A DNA stretch of 64,000 bases from contig CBDBBS010000003.1 in NCBI GenBank assembly GCA_965203005.1, positions 4,783-68,782 on the forward strand. Reading direction: 5' to 3'. This document shows positions 38,565 through 47,857 of this stretch, piece by piece. This DNA comes from Dehalococcoidia bacterium. Lineage in GTDB: Bacteria > Chloroflexota > Dehalococcoidia > Lucifugimonadales > UBA3495. Position numbers and translations under genes: made by a program. The notes beneath the pieces were generated by a model that made no database searches, was not told where the DNA came from, and saw only the letters and a list, made by a program, of their open reading frames with translations. How positions within the stretch are numbered: position 1 is the first letter of the stretch; each line of letters begins with the position of its first letter.

Positions 38565-38831
38565 TTGGTGAAAATTGACAATGGCCCGGAGGGCATACGA
38601 AACCTGGTTGCCATGGCGGGCCAGATTGGCAATCCGGAACTGATCAACGATGGTCCGGACACCGCGCCGTCCAAGCGCATAATCGCAGAGATACCGGAAT
38701 ACGAGGGGATGAAGTCGTCGGCGGGGCCGATCGTGGCGGAGAAGATAGGATTGGCGAGCCTGCAGACCAGATGCCGCCACTTCGGTGATTGGATCAACCA
38801 GTTGGAAGATTTGGTTCAGGAAAGGAGGTAG
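38565..38831 (+). pseudogene. DUF4276-like gene, C-terminal fragment on the far side of IS21
   Basis: NPELINDGPDTAPSKRIIAEIPEYEGMKSSAGPIVAEKIGLASLQTRCRHFGDWINQLE fits the DUF4276 C-terminal pattern as I recall it. The middle ~90 aa are missing. Confidence 0.5.
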
Positions 38832-38966
38832 CGGAGAATCTCTTCCAGCACCATTCCGGCAGATTCCGTGTCGTTATGTACAACAGTACAGCTGTCCCGA
38901 TGCACCGATGTTCTCCAGATTATGGGGTGCGGCCGGAAACAGTTCGCTGATGGCTGAGAAGCGCGA

Positions 38967-40181
38967 TTATGCGGCGGTCAACCATCGGTCCACCGGACCG
39001 GCCAGAAACTCATCCACGGGTATCCCGTCAGCGCCCACCAGCAGTTTCACATCAGGCTGAAACTGTCTGTCAAAGGCCGCCATGCCGGGTAGAGTGCCGG
39101 TGGCCCGCCCGCTCTTCACCTCGATTGCGGCCAGCAGGGGCCCGGCTTGGACAACAAAATCAACCTCACGATTGCGGCCACGCCAATAACTGATCTCGTG
39201 GCCGTGAACGAAGGCCCAATTGGCCAGATGCGCTCCCACTGCTGACTCGACCAGACGCCCCCAGCGGTCGAGACTGAGCCGCGTATGTTCAGGGTTTCGG
39301 CCCGAGACGGCGGTCAGCAGAGCGGTATTGAGCGGCTGCAGCTTTGGGCTGGAACTCCGCCGGCTCAAGGCGCTGCCGTGCTTCTGCAAGCCGCAAACCA
39401 TCCCAGCGCTACCCAACAGGTCGAGATAGTGCGCCAAGGTCACCGTGTTGCCTGAATCCTGCAGCTGGCCGAGCATTTTGTTGTAGGACAGTATCTGACC
39501 GGAGTACTCGCAGGCCAGTTCAAAGAGACGGCGCATCAGAGCGGGCCGTCTCACGTCAGTGCGCAGTAATATATCTCGCGCGATGGTGGGCTCGATGATG
39601 GCATCCCTGATGTAACTGGCCCATCGGTCATGGTCTGAGATCAGCGCCGCCGCACCCGGGTATCCGCCGTAGAGCACATAATCGTCGAGAGACCACCCGA
39701 AAGCATCACGCATCTCAGCGAAGCTCCAGTGAGGCAATCGGATCATCTCAAACCGACCGGCCAAGCTTTCGGTCAGGCCTCGCCGCACCAACAGCGGCGA
39801 CGACCCCAGAAGTACGACCTTCAATGAACTGCCGGCACGAGTATCTGCATCCCAGAGCCGCTTCACGGCTTCAGACCAATCGTCGATCTTCTGTATCTCG
39901 TCTATCACCAGAACTGCGCCATGCTCGCCGGACTCTCTGGCCATGACCCGTCCGATGTTCCATTGCTGCTCCAACCACTGGGCGTCTCGCAGCATTGGCT
40001 CGTCGGCGGTCGCGTAGTGTGACCGAGCGGTGCACTGGTTGATCTCTTCAAGTACCAGGGTCGTCTTTCCCACTTGGCGCGGTCCGGCCAATATCTGAAT
40101 GAACCGGCGCGGTTCCGCCAGGCGCTTCGCCAAAGTCTCTGCGTAAGGCCGTCGGTATGAAATGTGCGTATTGCTCATCAT
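38967..40181 (-). CDS. AAA_14 ATPase with DUF4143 domain
   Basis: Walker A ILAGPRQVGKTT. ATG at 40181 or 40178 preferred over the TTG at 40190. Confidence 0.8.
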   Translation of the reverse strand: MMSNTHISYRRPYAETLAKRLAEPRRFIQILAGPRQVGKTTLVLEEINQCTARSHYATADEPMLRDAQWLEQQWNIGRVMARESGEHGAVLVIDEIQKIDDWSEAVKRLWDADTRAGSSLKVVLLGSSPLLVRRGLTESLAGRFEMIRLPHWSFAEMRDAFGWSLDDYVLYGGYPGAAALISDHDRWASYIRDAIIEPTIARDILLRTDVRRPALMRRLFELACEYSGQILSYNKMLGQLQDSGNTVTLAHYLDLLGSAGMVCGLQKHGSALSRRSSSPKLQPLNTALLTAVSGRNPEHTRLSLDRWGRLVESAVGAHLANWAFVHGHEISYWRGRNREVDFVVQAGPLLAAIEVKSGRATGTLPGMAAFDRQFQPDVKLLVGADGIPVDEFLAGPVDRWLTAA

Positions 40182-40211
40182 GATGAGCAATTTTACTCAT
40201 CATAATGAGAA
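40171..40211. promoter_or_regulatory. Tandem palindromic operator-like sites over the ATPase start codon
   Basis: Perfect 20-bp palindrome TTGCTCATCATGATGAGCAA (40171-40190), then a 17/20 copy TTACTCATCATAATGAGAAC 22 bp later. Confidence 0.5.
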
Positions 40212-40470
40212 CACTGCAATCATCCGGTCTTCCTGAGCTGTGGTGGATCTGCGCAGCGCCATCAGCTCGGCGCGTTCTTTGGCGCTGAAAATTGACATGT
40301 AGGCGGCTTCTCGGCGTAGGCGCACTTGCACACGGTGTTCCGTGCGATCTCAAGTTCCCTGGAGGTGGCCATGGGAAATGCTCCATCCTCTGGATGATAA
40401 CCGGAGACAAGCCGATGCGGTTGGTTTATTCTGAAGGCGCAATAGTTAGCAGTAGCACCGGAGGTCCATC

Positions 40471-40953
40471 GTGACTACGACGTCCGACGCCACCGCCCGT
40501 GTGACCGCGCTCCTGACCGACGCCCGCGAGGTCCACTCCCAAGCCCTGGAACGTTTGGCCGCCGGCGACATTCGCGATGCGGCGGAGAAGGCCTGGTGCG
40601 CTACTAAGCGGGCCACCGACGCGTTGGTACTGGCACGCACCGGGACGGAACCAGAGCGGTCGTCTGAAACTTCACGGCGATTGTCGGGTTTGGCTACTGC
40701 GGATCAAGCCATCCGCCCTTTGCGCCGTCGCTATTACTCCAAACAGGCGGAACTTCATGGCGCTTGTTTCTACGACGGCATTTGCGAACCCGTTGATGAG
40801 GTGGAGCGGCGCATTCGGGAAACGGCCGCCTACATCGACGACGCGGCAGCGCTGGCCGCTGACTCCTGGTCCCAAAGGTTTCACGTTGCCGGAGTACCTG
40901 GGAAAGCTGTGGAGCTGACCGCTCGGCATCCCATTCCTCTGCCGCCGGCGTGA
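40471..40953 (+). CDS. PaREP1-like helical protein
   Basis: GTG start. AAGDIRDAAEKAWCATKRATDALVLARTG...ELHGACFYDG follows the PaREP1 pattern (GD..xAsEK.WgA....kA.a...G ... LH.nFY). Confidence 0.5.
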   Translation: MTTTSDATARVTALLTDAREVHSQALERLAAGDIRDAAEKAWCATKRATDALVLARTGTEPERSSETSRRLSGLATADQAIRPLRRRYYSKQAELHGACFYDGICEPVDEVERRIRETAAYIDDAAALAADSWSQRFHVAGVPGKAVELTARHPIPLPPA

Positions 40954-41011
40954 TTGACGCTGGCGCACGGCGCTCGTTACGTATTCGCACTCAATCCTAC
41001 GGAGAGGAGAC

Positions 41012-41365
41012 ATGGACACCCAGACTTATCGGCAAGCCAGCGAACGGTTCCTGGCGCAGGCTAGGCAAGAGCTGTCCGACGGGGACCTGCCGCAGGCCTC
41101 TGAGAAGGGCTGGGGTGCGGCCGCGCAGATATTGAAGGCCGTTGCGGAGCAGCGGGGTTGGGACCACGGGAAACACCGCCACCTGTCCCGCGTGGCCAGC
41201 CGACTCAGGGCGGAGCTCGGCGATGGCGACGTCTTCACGTTCTACATGGTCGCCGATGCGCTCCACGGCAACTTCTACGAGGACGAATACGCTGCCGCCG
41301 ACATCGCCGAAGCGTTGGACAAGGTGGAAACGCTCATAGACAAGCTGTCACCGTTGTTGGCGTAG
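41012..41365 (+). CDS. PaREP1-like helical protein
   Basis: SDGDLPQASEKGWGAAAQILKAVAEQRGWDHGKHRHL...ADALHGNFYEDEY; strong match to the PaREP1 consensus as I recall it. Confidence 0.6.
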   Translation: MDTQTYRQASERFLAQARQELSDGDLPQASEKGWGAAAQILKAVAEQRGWDHGKHRHLSRVASRLRAELGDGDVFTFYMVADALHGNFYEDEYAAADIAEALDKVETLIDKLSPLLA

Positions 41366-41377
41366 TGAAAGGATCCG

Positions 41378-41452
41378 GCGGGCGTGGCTCAGTGGTAGAG
41401 CATCTCCTTGCCAAGGAGAAGGTCGCGGGTTCGAGCCCCGCCGCCCGCTCCA
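41378..41452 (+). tRNA. tRNA-Gly (anticodon GCC), CCA encoded
   Basis: Manual cloverleaf: acceptor GCGGGCG/CGCCCGC, D arm GCTC/GAGC, anticodon arm TCTCC-TTGCCAA-GGAGA, T arm GCGGG-TTCGAGC-CCCGC. Confidence 0.9.
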
Positions 41453-41876
41453 CGATCCCAGTGCAAGGTTTCGCCGCTCCATAACTCAAAAATCCACTGA
41501 ACGCGCATGGCTGTACAAGAATATATGAGTTCAGATGTACATCTATACATCCACGGGCGTTGTTGCTTCACCGCGGCGATTTCGCTACTGAGCCTTTGGC
41601 GTGGCTGCAGCCGATTCGTTGACACCGGCCCAACCGGTTGCCCACAATGGCGCAGCTACAAACTCCCAGGAGAGGAAACCGGTGACCAGCCGCTACACCA
41701 CCCAGACGGCTCCGCAAAATCCTCCGGCCCCCTACCGCCGCCGGGAAAGACCGAGTGGCGATTTCGCCGCTTGCTTCACCATACGGTCTTCCTGGAGAGC
41801 CGGTCCAATCCGTTTCTGGGATTGCCCGCCGCTTTGTCGGCGTTGATGCGCCCGGCGTAAGGCCGCTGAAAGCAAG

Positions 41877-42683
41877 ATGCCCAATCCGCTGACTGTAGGC
41901 CGTCGGGCCACCGCCCGTCTTGAGGAGGCTATCCTGCTGGCCCTGGAGGAACACCGGGACCAGGGCTACCTCGCCACCCTCCGGCTGGCCGAGCGCATCG
42001 GCTGGGATAACGATGGTATGCCCTCCCCCAACGGCCAGGGCTACGGCCGCATCGCCGTGATCGGCCTGCTCTATAAGCTGTATCTGGCGGGAAAGGTGGA
42101 ACCGGCCCACCAGCCCAACCGCCGCGGCCACTGGGGCGGTTGGCGCATCAGCGACGAGGAATACGCCCGGCGCAGCGGCAAGGACGTGGAGAGCGTTCCT
42201 GTGCCAGCGCCTTTGCACATCGCTGGCGCACTGCTCAGCGGAGAGGTGCCGCTGGCCGAGTATCCGCTGCCTCCGGCCGAGGGCCTGATGCCTCCCCTGC
42301 CGGAGGCGATCCGGTTTCCCGACGCCACGGAGTATGAACTCCGCCGCTGGGAGGAGATCCTAACCAGGACGGTGGAGTGGCTGAACGAGATCCGCATCCT
42401 CACCCTGGCCAATGTGCCGGTGAAGATGGTCCGCGGCCCCGGCTACCTGGTGAACGTAGAACCAGTCCACTCGGATGGGCGGCCCATGGTGAAAAGGGTG
42501 CAGGCAAGTGGGCCGGATCAATTATGGGTGTACACGAAAACACCGGCAACGCCCGGCTACCACGCGGTCTACCACTCCAAGCGGCTGCTGGAGCTGTTCC
42601 ACCAGGACCTCGCCGAGACGTACCTGGTGCTTCCCGGCGGTGAGGAGGAGCCGACGCCACCCGACACCGCGGACACCGAATAG
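41877..42683 (+). CDS. hypothetical protein (268 aa), possible N-terminal wHTH
   Basis: Long ATG ORF with coding-like composition; no motif recognised. Confidence 0.45.
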   Translation: MPNPLTVGRRATARLEEAILLALEEHRDQGYLATLRLAERIGWDNDGMPSPNGQGYGRIAVIGLLYKLYLAGKVEPAHQPNRRGHWGGWRISDEEYARRSGKDVESVPVPAPLHIAGALLSGEVPLAEYPLPPAEGLMPPLPEAIRFPDATEYELRRWEEILTRTVEWLNEIRILTLANVPVKMVRGPGYLVNVEPVHSDGRPMVKRVQASGPDQLWVYTKTPATPGYHAVYHSKRLLELFHQDLAETYLVLPGGEEEPTPPDTADTE

Positions 42684-43187
42684 ACATTCCCCCGCTGGAC
42701 CGTGCTTGAAACCTGTCTATTGTCTTTCGCTCTGTAGGTTTGCACAGGCCGACAGCTGTACATCAGTTCACTGGCGCTGACCGCAATCACCCCGCGAGAC
42801 CGCCTGGCTTGGGATGGTGCTGATAGCGGTTGCCGAGCATCGTGCGCCCGCCGCATAGCGGTTGACCGGTCGGTCGCCAGCCCGGTTCAAGCGCGTCGAT
42901 CTGCGGCATCTGCGGAGTTTCTCAGAGGCGATTCCGCTACTCCAATCTGTGACGGAGAGCGTCATTTAGCGACGGAATTAGCAATCAGAGATGCGCGTTG
43001 ACGCACCGCTGTCGAGACCGCGATTGTCTCGGCGTCCGCAGTGCGGCGGAGCAAGGTGTGTCCGCCGGCAGATCAGCCCCGTCCAAGCCATGCCGCTGAC
43101 GACGGCGCGCAACCGGGTAGTTCCAAAGAGCGCACTTCTGAATCCAGCTTCGTGATGGCACTCCGCCCGCCACGAGAGAATCGACTA

Positions 43188-43417
43188 GGGTAATCCAAAT
43201 GAGTAACAATGGTTACAGAGCCAGCCTGAGCTGGGTGTTGACCGCTGTTCTCGCCTTGGTTCTCCCTTCATCCGGGGCAGTTTCACCGGCGATGGCATCA
43301 TCGCCGGCCAGCGCTCCCCCGTCCAGGAGCATCACATCCTCGCCTACCGCGAGTAGCGCAAGTTTACCCAGATTGCGAGCTGCATTCTCGTTGCGGTCGT
43401 GAATGACGCCGCAACTG
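43188..43417 (-). ncRNA. IS607-type right end with putative omega-RNA scaffold, copy 2
   Basis: Same conserved 3' segment as 4200-4429 and 54825-55098. Confidence 0.35.
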
Positions 43418-44502
43418 GGACAGGACCACATCGGTTCCCGGCCCAGCGCTGCGTTCACCACGCCGCACGCCGAGCAGGTCTTGCTGCTGGGATACCACTG
43501 GTCAGCCTCGATGATCCCGGTGCCGTACCAGTCCGCCTTGTAGCGGATCTGGTCCAGCAGGCTGGACATTCCGGCATCGGAGAGGGCCTTGGATTGCAGA
43601 CCGGCCCTGATCATGCCGGCAACGTTCAGGCTCTCAATACCCAGGGTGTGGTACTTGCGCACCAGCGTGCGACTGACGTGATGGTGGGCGTTGTTCCTGA
43701 GCCCGATAATGCGGCGCTGGGTGGCGTCGATGCGCCGTTGTGCTTCCCACCAGCCGCGGCTGCCCGCCGTACGGCGCGCCTGGGCCTGCTGCCACCGGCG
43801 CAGTCTCCCCAGGGCGCTCTCCAGCGCCTGCGGGTTCTCGTAATGCACGCCGTCGCTGTCCACCGCCAGAGGGTTGATGCCCACGTCGACGCCGCCCACC
43901 GATTGGGTTTCTCGGCAGGGGGCCTCGACGGGCGGTTTCCAGTAGGCGACGCTGGCATACCAACAGCCGTTGCGCTTCCTGATGGTGACCTCGTAGGGCG
44001 TTCCTTCCGGCAACGCCCGGGTCATCTTCACGCTACCGATGTAGGGCAGCCGGATCCGCCGGTGGCCGTCGTAGCGGATCAGCTTCACCCCCGACGCGGC
44101 CAGGAATGATCCGGTGCCGGTGCGCCTCTTCCGATGGAAGACCGGACAGCGCGCCTTGAGCTCTTTGCTCAGCCAGCGGGACCGGGCGTTGCGGTAGTTG
44201 CGACACGCCCCCTGGGCCACGAACTTGCTCACCTCGGTTACGAAGTTCAGCGCCGGATTGGCGTGCTTGGCGGCGTTGAACTCCTTCTCCAGTTCATGTG
44301 GCGTGAGCCAGAGACCGGCGTCCTGGCCAGCCTGGTCATTGGACACCATGCGGTTGTAGACGAAGCGCGAGATGCCGACGCAGCGCTGGGCGTAGCGCTC
44401 CTGCCGGCAGGTGAGCTCCAGCTGGACGACCACGGCCGCCGGCTGCCAGCCCTCGGGACACGAACTGGGTTGCTTCCGCTTCTTGCCTTGCAGCTCAGCC
44501 AC
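43213..44502 (-). CDS. tnpB: TnpB RNA-guided nuclease (IS607-associated), full length
   Basis: 429 aa. RuvC VGGVDVGINPLAV, IGIESLNVAGM, HDRNENAARNL; Zn ribbon CSACG...CPSCG. Confidence 0.9.
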   Translation of the reverse strand: MAELQGKKRKQPSSCPEGWQPAAVVVQLELTCRQERYAQRCVGISRFVYNRMVSNDQAGQDAGLWLTPHELEKEFNAAKHANPALNFVTEVSKFVAQGACRNYRNARSRWLSKELKARCPVFHRKRRTGTGSFLAASGVKLIRYDGHRRIRLPYIGSVKMTRALPEGTPYEVTIRKRNGCWYASVAYWKPPVEAPCRETQSVGGVDVGINPLAVDSDGVHYENPQALESALGRLRRWQQAQARRTAGSRGWWEAQRRIDATQRRIIGLRNNAHHHVSRTLVRKYHTLGIESLNVAGMIRAGLQSKALSDAGMSSLLDQIRYKADWYGTGIIEADQWYPSSKTCSACGVVNAALGREPMWSCPSCGVIHDRNENAARNLGKLALLAVGEDVMLLDGGALAGDDAIAGETAPDEGRTKARTAVNTQLRLAL

Positions 44503-45079
44503 TTACCACCTCAATGGCTCTACGTGCCCGATTGGCTGCTGAGCGCTTGCCGTAAAGGCGGGCGCAGAAGCAGGTCAATATCTCGGTCATGTCCCGCACC
44601 AGGTCGTCGGGCACCTCGGCATCGTCAATCACAATCAGCGAGCCACCGCGAGCCTGCAGCATGGCCTCGACCATGCCCACCCCAAACCGGGCCAATCGCT
44701 CACGATGCTCCACGATCACCGTATGCACGGTGGGATCGCCCAGCAGCTTCCGCAGCTTCGGCCGGCGGTCGTTCAGCCCGCTGGCGATCTCGGAAACCAC
44801 CTGATCCAGCAGGATGCCGCGCTGTCCCGCGTAGGCCCACAGGCGGTTGGCCTGGTTCTCCAAATGCGGCTTCTGCTCGGCGCTGCTGACCCTGGCATAG
44901 CCCACAGCCCGTCCGGTTGGCGCTCCCGGATTGGCCAGGACGTAGATGATATTGCCGATCTTCTTGGGCTGGAGTTCCGGCGGAAGCGTTCCAGCGTTGT
45001 AGTGGCGCCACGCCGTCATGCGGTGCATGCCGTGCTGGGTCGCCCATTGAGACAAGCGTATGTAATTGCTACTGACCAC
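44495..45079 (-). CDS. tnpA: IS607-family serine recombinase TnpA (MerR-like HTH + resolvase domain)
   Basis: GTG start. HTH IRLSQWATQHGMHRMTAWRHYNAG; catalytic VGYARVSSAEQ. Confidence 0.85.
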   Translation of the reverse strand: MVSSNYIRLSQWATQHGMHRMTAWRHYNAGTLPPELQPKKIGNIIYVLANPGAPTGRAVGYARVSSAEQKPHLENQANRLWAYAGQRGILLDQVVSEIASGLNDRRPKLRKLLGDPTVHTVIVEHRERLARFGVGMVEAMLQARGGSLIVIDDAEVPDDLVRDMTEILTCFCARLYGKRSAANRARRAIEVVSG

Positions 45080-45091
45080 TGTTAGTCATTG

Positions 45092-45508
45092 TTACTCATA
45101 TCGCCAACTTAATGCAAGCCTCGCAGCCAGGACCACGTCCAAATCGGAGTCACGGCGAAGCTGTACAATGGTTCTCAGAACCTCGCCAAAGCGGAGCGAT
45201 TGGAGTGGGAGTGCCGCGGCATAGCCACCTACGCGTCTGAAGTGATCGAACAGAAAACGGGCGAGTACTTCCAGGACGCCAGCGGCCATTCCAGGACGGA
45301 GAGCGGAAACTCCGAATTTCCGTGGAATCTCCAGCAGAGGATAATCAAAGAGGGCTTGAACATCGCGATCGAGCCTAATGAAACCAGCCATGACAGCGTG
45401 ACATTCGTCGTGCCGACATACTGCACGGCGGTGCAGATACGGTTGTTCATCCCAACCAGGCGCAAGAACGACATGGGATGGACTGCCGTCGTTTTCCATA
45501 ACACGCAA
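45092..45508 (-). CDS. hypothetical protein (138 aa); 3' end and stop codon lie in the IS607 left end
   Basis: ORF in a lower-GC patch. TAA stop at 45092-45094 is inside the CATTGTTACTCAT repeat. Confidence 0.35.
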   Translation of the reverse strand: MRVMENDGSPSHVVLAPGWDEQPYLHRRAVCRHDECHAVMAGFIRLDRDVQALFDYPLLEIPRKFGVSALRPGMAAGVLEVLARFLFDHFRRVGGYAAALPLQSLRFGEVLRTIVQLRRDSDLDVVLAARLALSWRYE

Positions 45509-45528
45509 CCAGCATCATAGGAGGAGAA

Positions 45529-45822
45529 ATGGCAAACCCATTCCGAAGAGCAGACCGGGACGGGGCACCTTCAATACGCCCAACATCCCCGGAGTCAGCA
45601 GAGACACCGATGCCGGATGCGAGCGAACTCGTTGAACTGGCGGTCGGCCGTGTGGAAGCTCCTCCAAGCGCTGAGCAGCCAATGGGGCCACCACCTACGC
45701 CGGGTATTGAGACCCGTGACCTCCCGGTCAATCGGTCAGTAGCGCCGCCAAGCGCCGAGACTCCAATGGAACCACCGCCGGTGCCACCGCCGACTACTGA
45801 CAAGCCACCAGCAAAGGACTAG
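45529..45822 (+). CDS. Pro-rich repeat protein (97 aa)
   Basis: AGGAG RBS. Three degenerate repeats of (V/E)APPSAE(Q/T)PM(G/E)PPP. Confidence 0.4.
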   Translation: MANPFRRADRDGAPSIRPTSPESAETPMPDASELVELAVGRVEAPPSAEQPMGPPPTPGIETRDLPVNRSVAPPSAETPMEPPPVPPPTTDKPPAKD

Positions 45823-46109
45823 CTGCCAAGAGTAAAGAAATTAGAACAGGGGCTGGAAACGGCTGATTCGGCTGGTTCTGACAAAATTCGTCGGCGTCAG
45901 AGCCACGGAGAGGCCGTGAATCAGGCCAAGACCGCCTACGGGCCCTTGCCGCGGCAAAACCGTACTGGGATTTTAGAACGCGGTCCGTGCCGGCATCCGT
46001 TGGCTGCGCTGACGGCTACGGCGATAGACTTGGACCGGGTCGAGCTGGTGGAGTCCGCGTCCGGCTACGGCCATAGGCTTTACTCGGATCGGGGACCGGT
46101 CGAGAGTCC

Positions 46110-46307
46110 GTGCCACTGGCCGGTGGCAAAGGTCGCCCAAGTGGTGTGTGTAAAGGACGGTTTCGCGGCTTGGTGCCGTCGGCTGTCGAGTTGGCGGTCA
46201 CGCAGCACACGTTGCGGTCGCATGTGGCGAACCTGCGTCGGAAGTTGAATGCGAAGTCGAGGTTCGAGGCGTTGATGACGGCAACGCGACTGGGAATTCT
46301 GATCTAG
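46110..46307 (+). pseudogene. LuxR/GerE-type HTH remnant (probably frameshifted)
   Basis: ELAVTQHTLRSHVANLRRKLNAKSRFEALMTATRLGIL fits the GerE helix 2-4 pattern. The preceding helix appears in another frame (ORF 45916-46248). Confidence 0.3.
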
Positions 46308-46590
46308 GGCGAACGGTGACTAGCCGGTCAGGCCATTTTGTCGGTTGCTAAATTTTGCGGCAGGGTGCACTCTCGGGTTGCTAACTGCTGTGGGAGATGG
46401 TTGATGTTCAGAGGGCCAACCGCACGGGTGCACAAAGTGGATACACGTGAACGCCATGAATTGTCTATCCGGGGGTCCGTTGAGAAAGTCGTCGTGATCA
46501 CAGTGAATCTGTTGCAAAACCTGGCAACACAACGTAACCTCGAAATCAAATACGCTTCGCCGTTCAAACAGAATCTCGCGGGAGCAGGTC

Positions 46591-47328
46591 ATGTCAACCA
46601 ATCAGCTGCTGACAAACGGCGCCCTAATCTTCATCAACCGAGCATTGGAACATCTCCACCAGGCAGACGCACAGCGGGCATCGGAAGAACTCTGGGGAGC
46701 ATCCGAGTACGCGGTCCGAACCATATCGCAATGGTGCGGCCTTCCCGACAGTACCCCGTCCATGCTTGCCGACAATGTCGCAATCTTTGCCAAAGATTCC
46801 GGAGATACGGCCCTTGAAGAACTTTTCGCCACCGCGCTGGCACTGCGGCCAACTCAGACCGATGTCTCCGACTGGCATCGAGCAGAGCAGGGCGACGTTG
46901 ACCAGATCGTCGACCTCGTCTCCCGCCTGAACCGACTCGCTGGCGGCTATGTAATCACGCCAATCTGGGCTGCCACATCTTCGCAGCAGCGCCCCGAAGA
47001 TTTCACCGAAGAAGAAAAAGGCCGCATCACCGCAACCGTCCGAAACCGGCTTGAAAAATACGTAGACGTCCCTATATCAGTCGACAAAGTCTTGGCGGAG
47101 CGAAAGGCCGATACCGATGGAGATCCCTACACCCACATAAATGTACTGTTCACCTGCCTTCGAGAACCTATGCCGTCAGGCATTTTCCTCACATTCCGAA
47201 CCGCCGACCAACAGGACATCTACGATGCCGGTGCCGTCGGAACCATTGTCTACTCGTTCAACGACACCAACGAATACCAACAGGTAGTACAGACCACTAC
47301 CCAAGGTCCCCTACCAGAGGTAACTTGA
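46591..47328 (+). CDS. PaREP1-like N-domain fused to an uncharacterised C-domain
   Basis: N-terminal half: LHQADAQRASEELWGASEYAVRTISQWCG. C-terminal half (ITATVRNRLEKYVDVP...DPYTHINVLF) is paralogous to 47858-48148. Confidence 0.5.
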   Translation: MSTNQLLTNGALIFINRALEHLHQADAQRASEELWGASEYAVRTISQWCGLPDSTPSMLADNVAIFAKDSGDTALEELFATALALRPTQTDVSDWHRAEQGDVDQIVDLVSRLNRLAGGYVITPIWAATSSQQRPEDFTEEEKGRITATVRNRLEKYVDVPISVDKVLAERKADTDGDPYTHINVLFTCLREPMPSGIFLTFRTADQQDIYDAGAVGTIVYSFNDTNEYQQVVQTTTQGPLPEVT

Positions 47329-47807
47329 TGATGCATCAGGCGTTCCTCGATACGAGCGGCAGCTTGGTTGCGTCGGCGGCAAATCACACACCGGGCTCCG
47401 CTCAACACCAGAGTGACCTCAGACGCGCCACCAGCACCACGTACTACGCGCTATTCCACGCTCTCTTACACAGCAACGCCGAAACACTATGCGGTCCCGC
47501 TGGGAATGCGCCCTTCCCGTCCGAATGGGTCGCGGTCTACCGTGCGCTGGGGCATGGCCGCGTCGAAGAAAAGACGAAACGAAAGGATTGGCCCACATTC
47601 TCAATCCCAATCCGGTCATTCCTAGATTTACTCAAGGAGCTCAGGACCAAGCGGGAGGAAGCTGACTACAATCCCAACGGCAGCTACACATCGGCAGAGG
47701 TGATGCAAGACCTAACCGACGCACAAATCCTCATCACGACTTTCCTGAGCGAATCACCCGCCCAGCGCAGAACCCTCGCAGTCTGGCTGCTCTTCTCCGT
47801 CCGCTGA
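47325..47807 (+). CDS. HEPN-like domain protein
   Basis: 4-nt overlap (ATGA) with the upstream gene. LRRATSTTYYALFHALLH ... LRTKREEADYNPNGSYTSAEVMQDLTDAQILI fits the HEPN helix pattern. Confidence 0.5.
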   Translation: MMMHQAFLDTSGSLVASAANHTPGSAQHQSDLRRATSTTYYALFHALLHSNAETLCGPAGNAPFPSEWVAVYRALGHGRVEEKTKRKDWPTFSIPIRSFLDLLKELRTKREEADYNPNGSYTSAEVMQDLTDAQILITTFLSESPAQRRTLAVWLLFSVR

Positions 47808-47857
47808 TAATAGCGGCAGCACCCTGCTGACCACCAGAGATCCGAAACCGACGGTAG

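Larger units (their letters stand above)
43188..45110 (-). mobile_element. IS607-family element (serine recombinase tnpA + tnpB), apparently intact
   Basis: tnpA/tnpB overlap by 8 nt. 13-bp inverted repeat CATTGTTACTCAT at 45087-45099 and 43199-43211. Right-end tip ...TTGGATTACCC at 43188; left boundary approximate. Confidence 0.8.

Noticed and set aside
40200-40298. 32-aa ORF (MSIFSAKERAELMALRRSTT...) upstream of the AAA_14 gene
   Set aside because: It is too short to call and may be a remnant of a transposase HTH. It is mentioned only under the operator finding.
43199-43402. Conserved small ORFs antisense to the tnpB 3' end (43199-43402 and 4215-4508, both MSNNGYRASLSWVLTAVLALV...)
   Set aside because: Their conservation is explained by identity of the IS copies. 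The sequence is low-complexity, and the region is more plausibly omega-RNA template.
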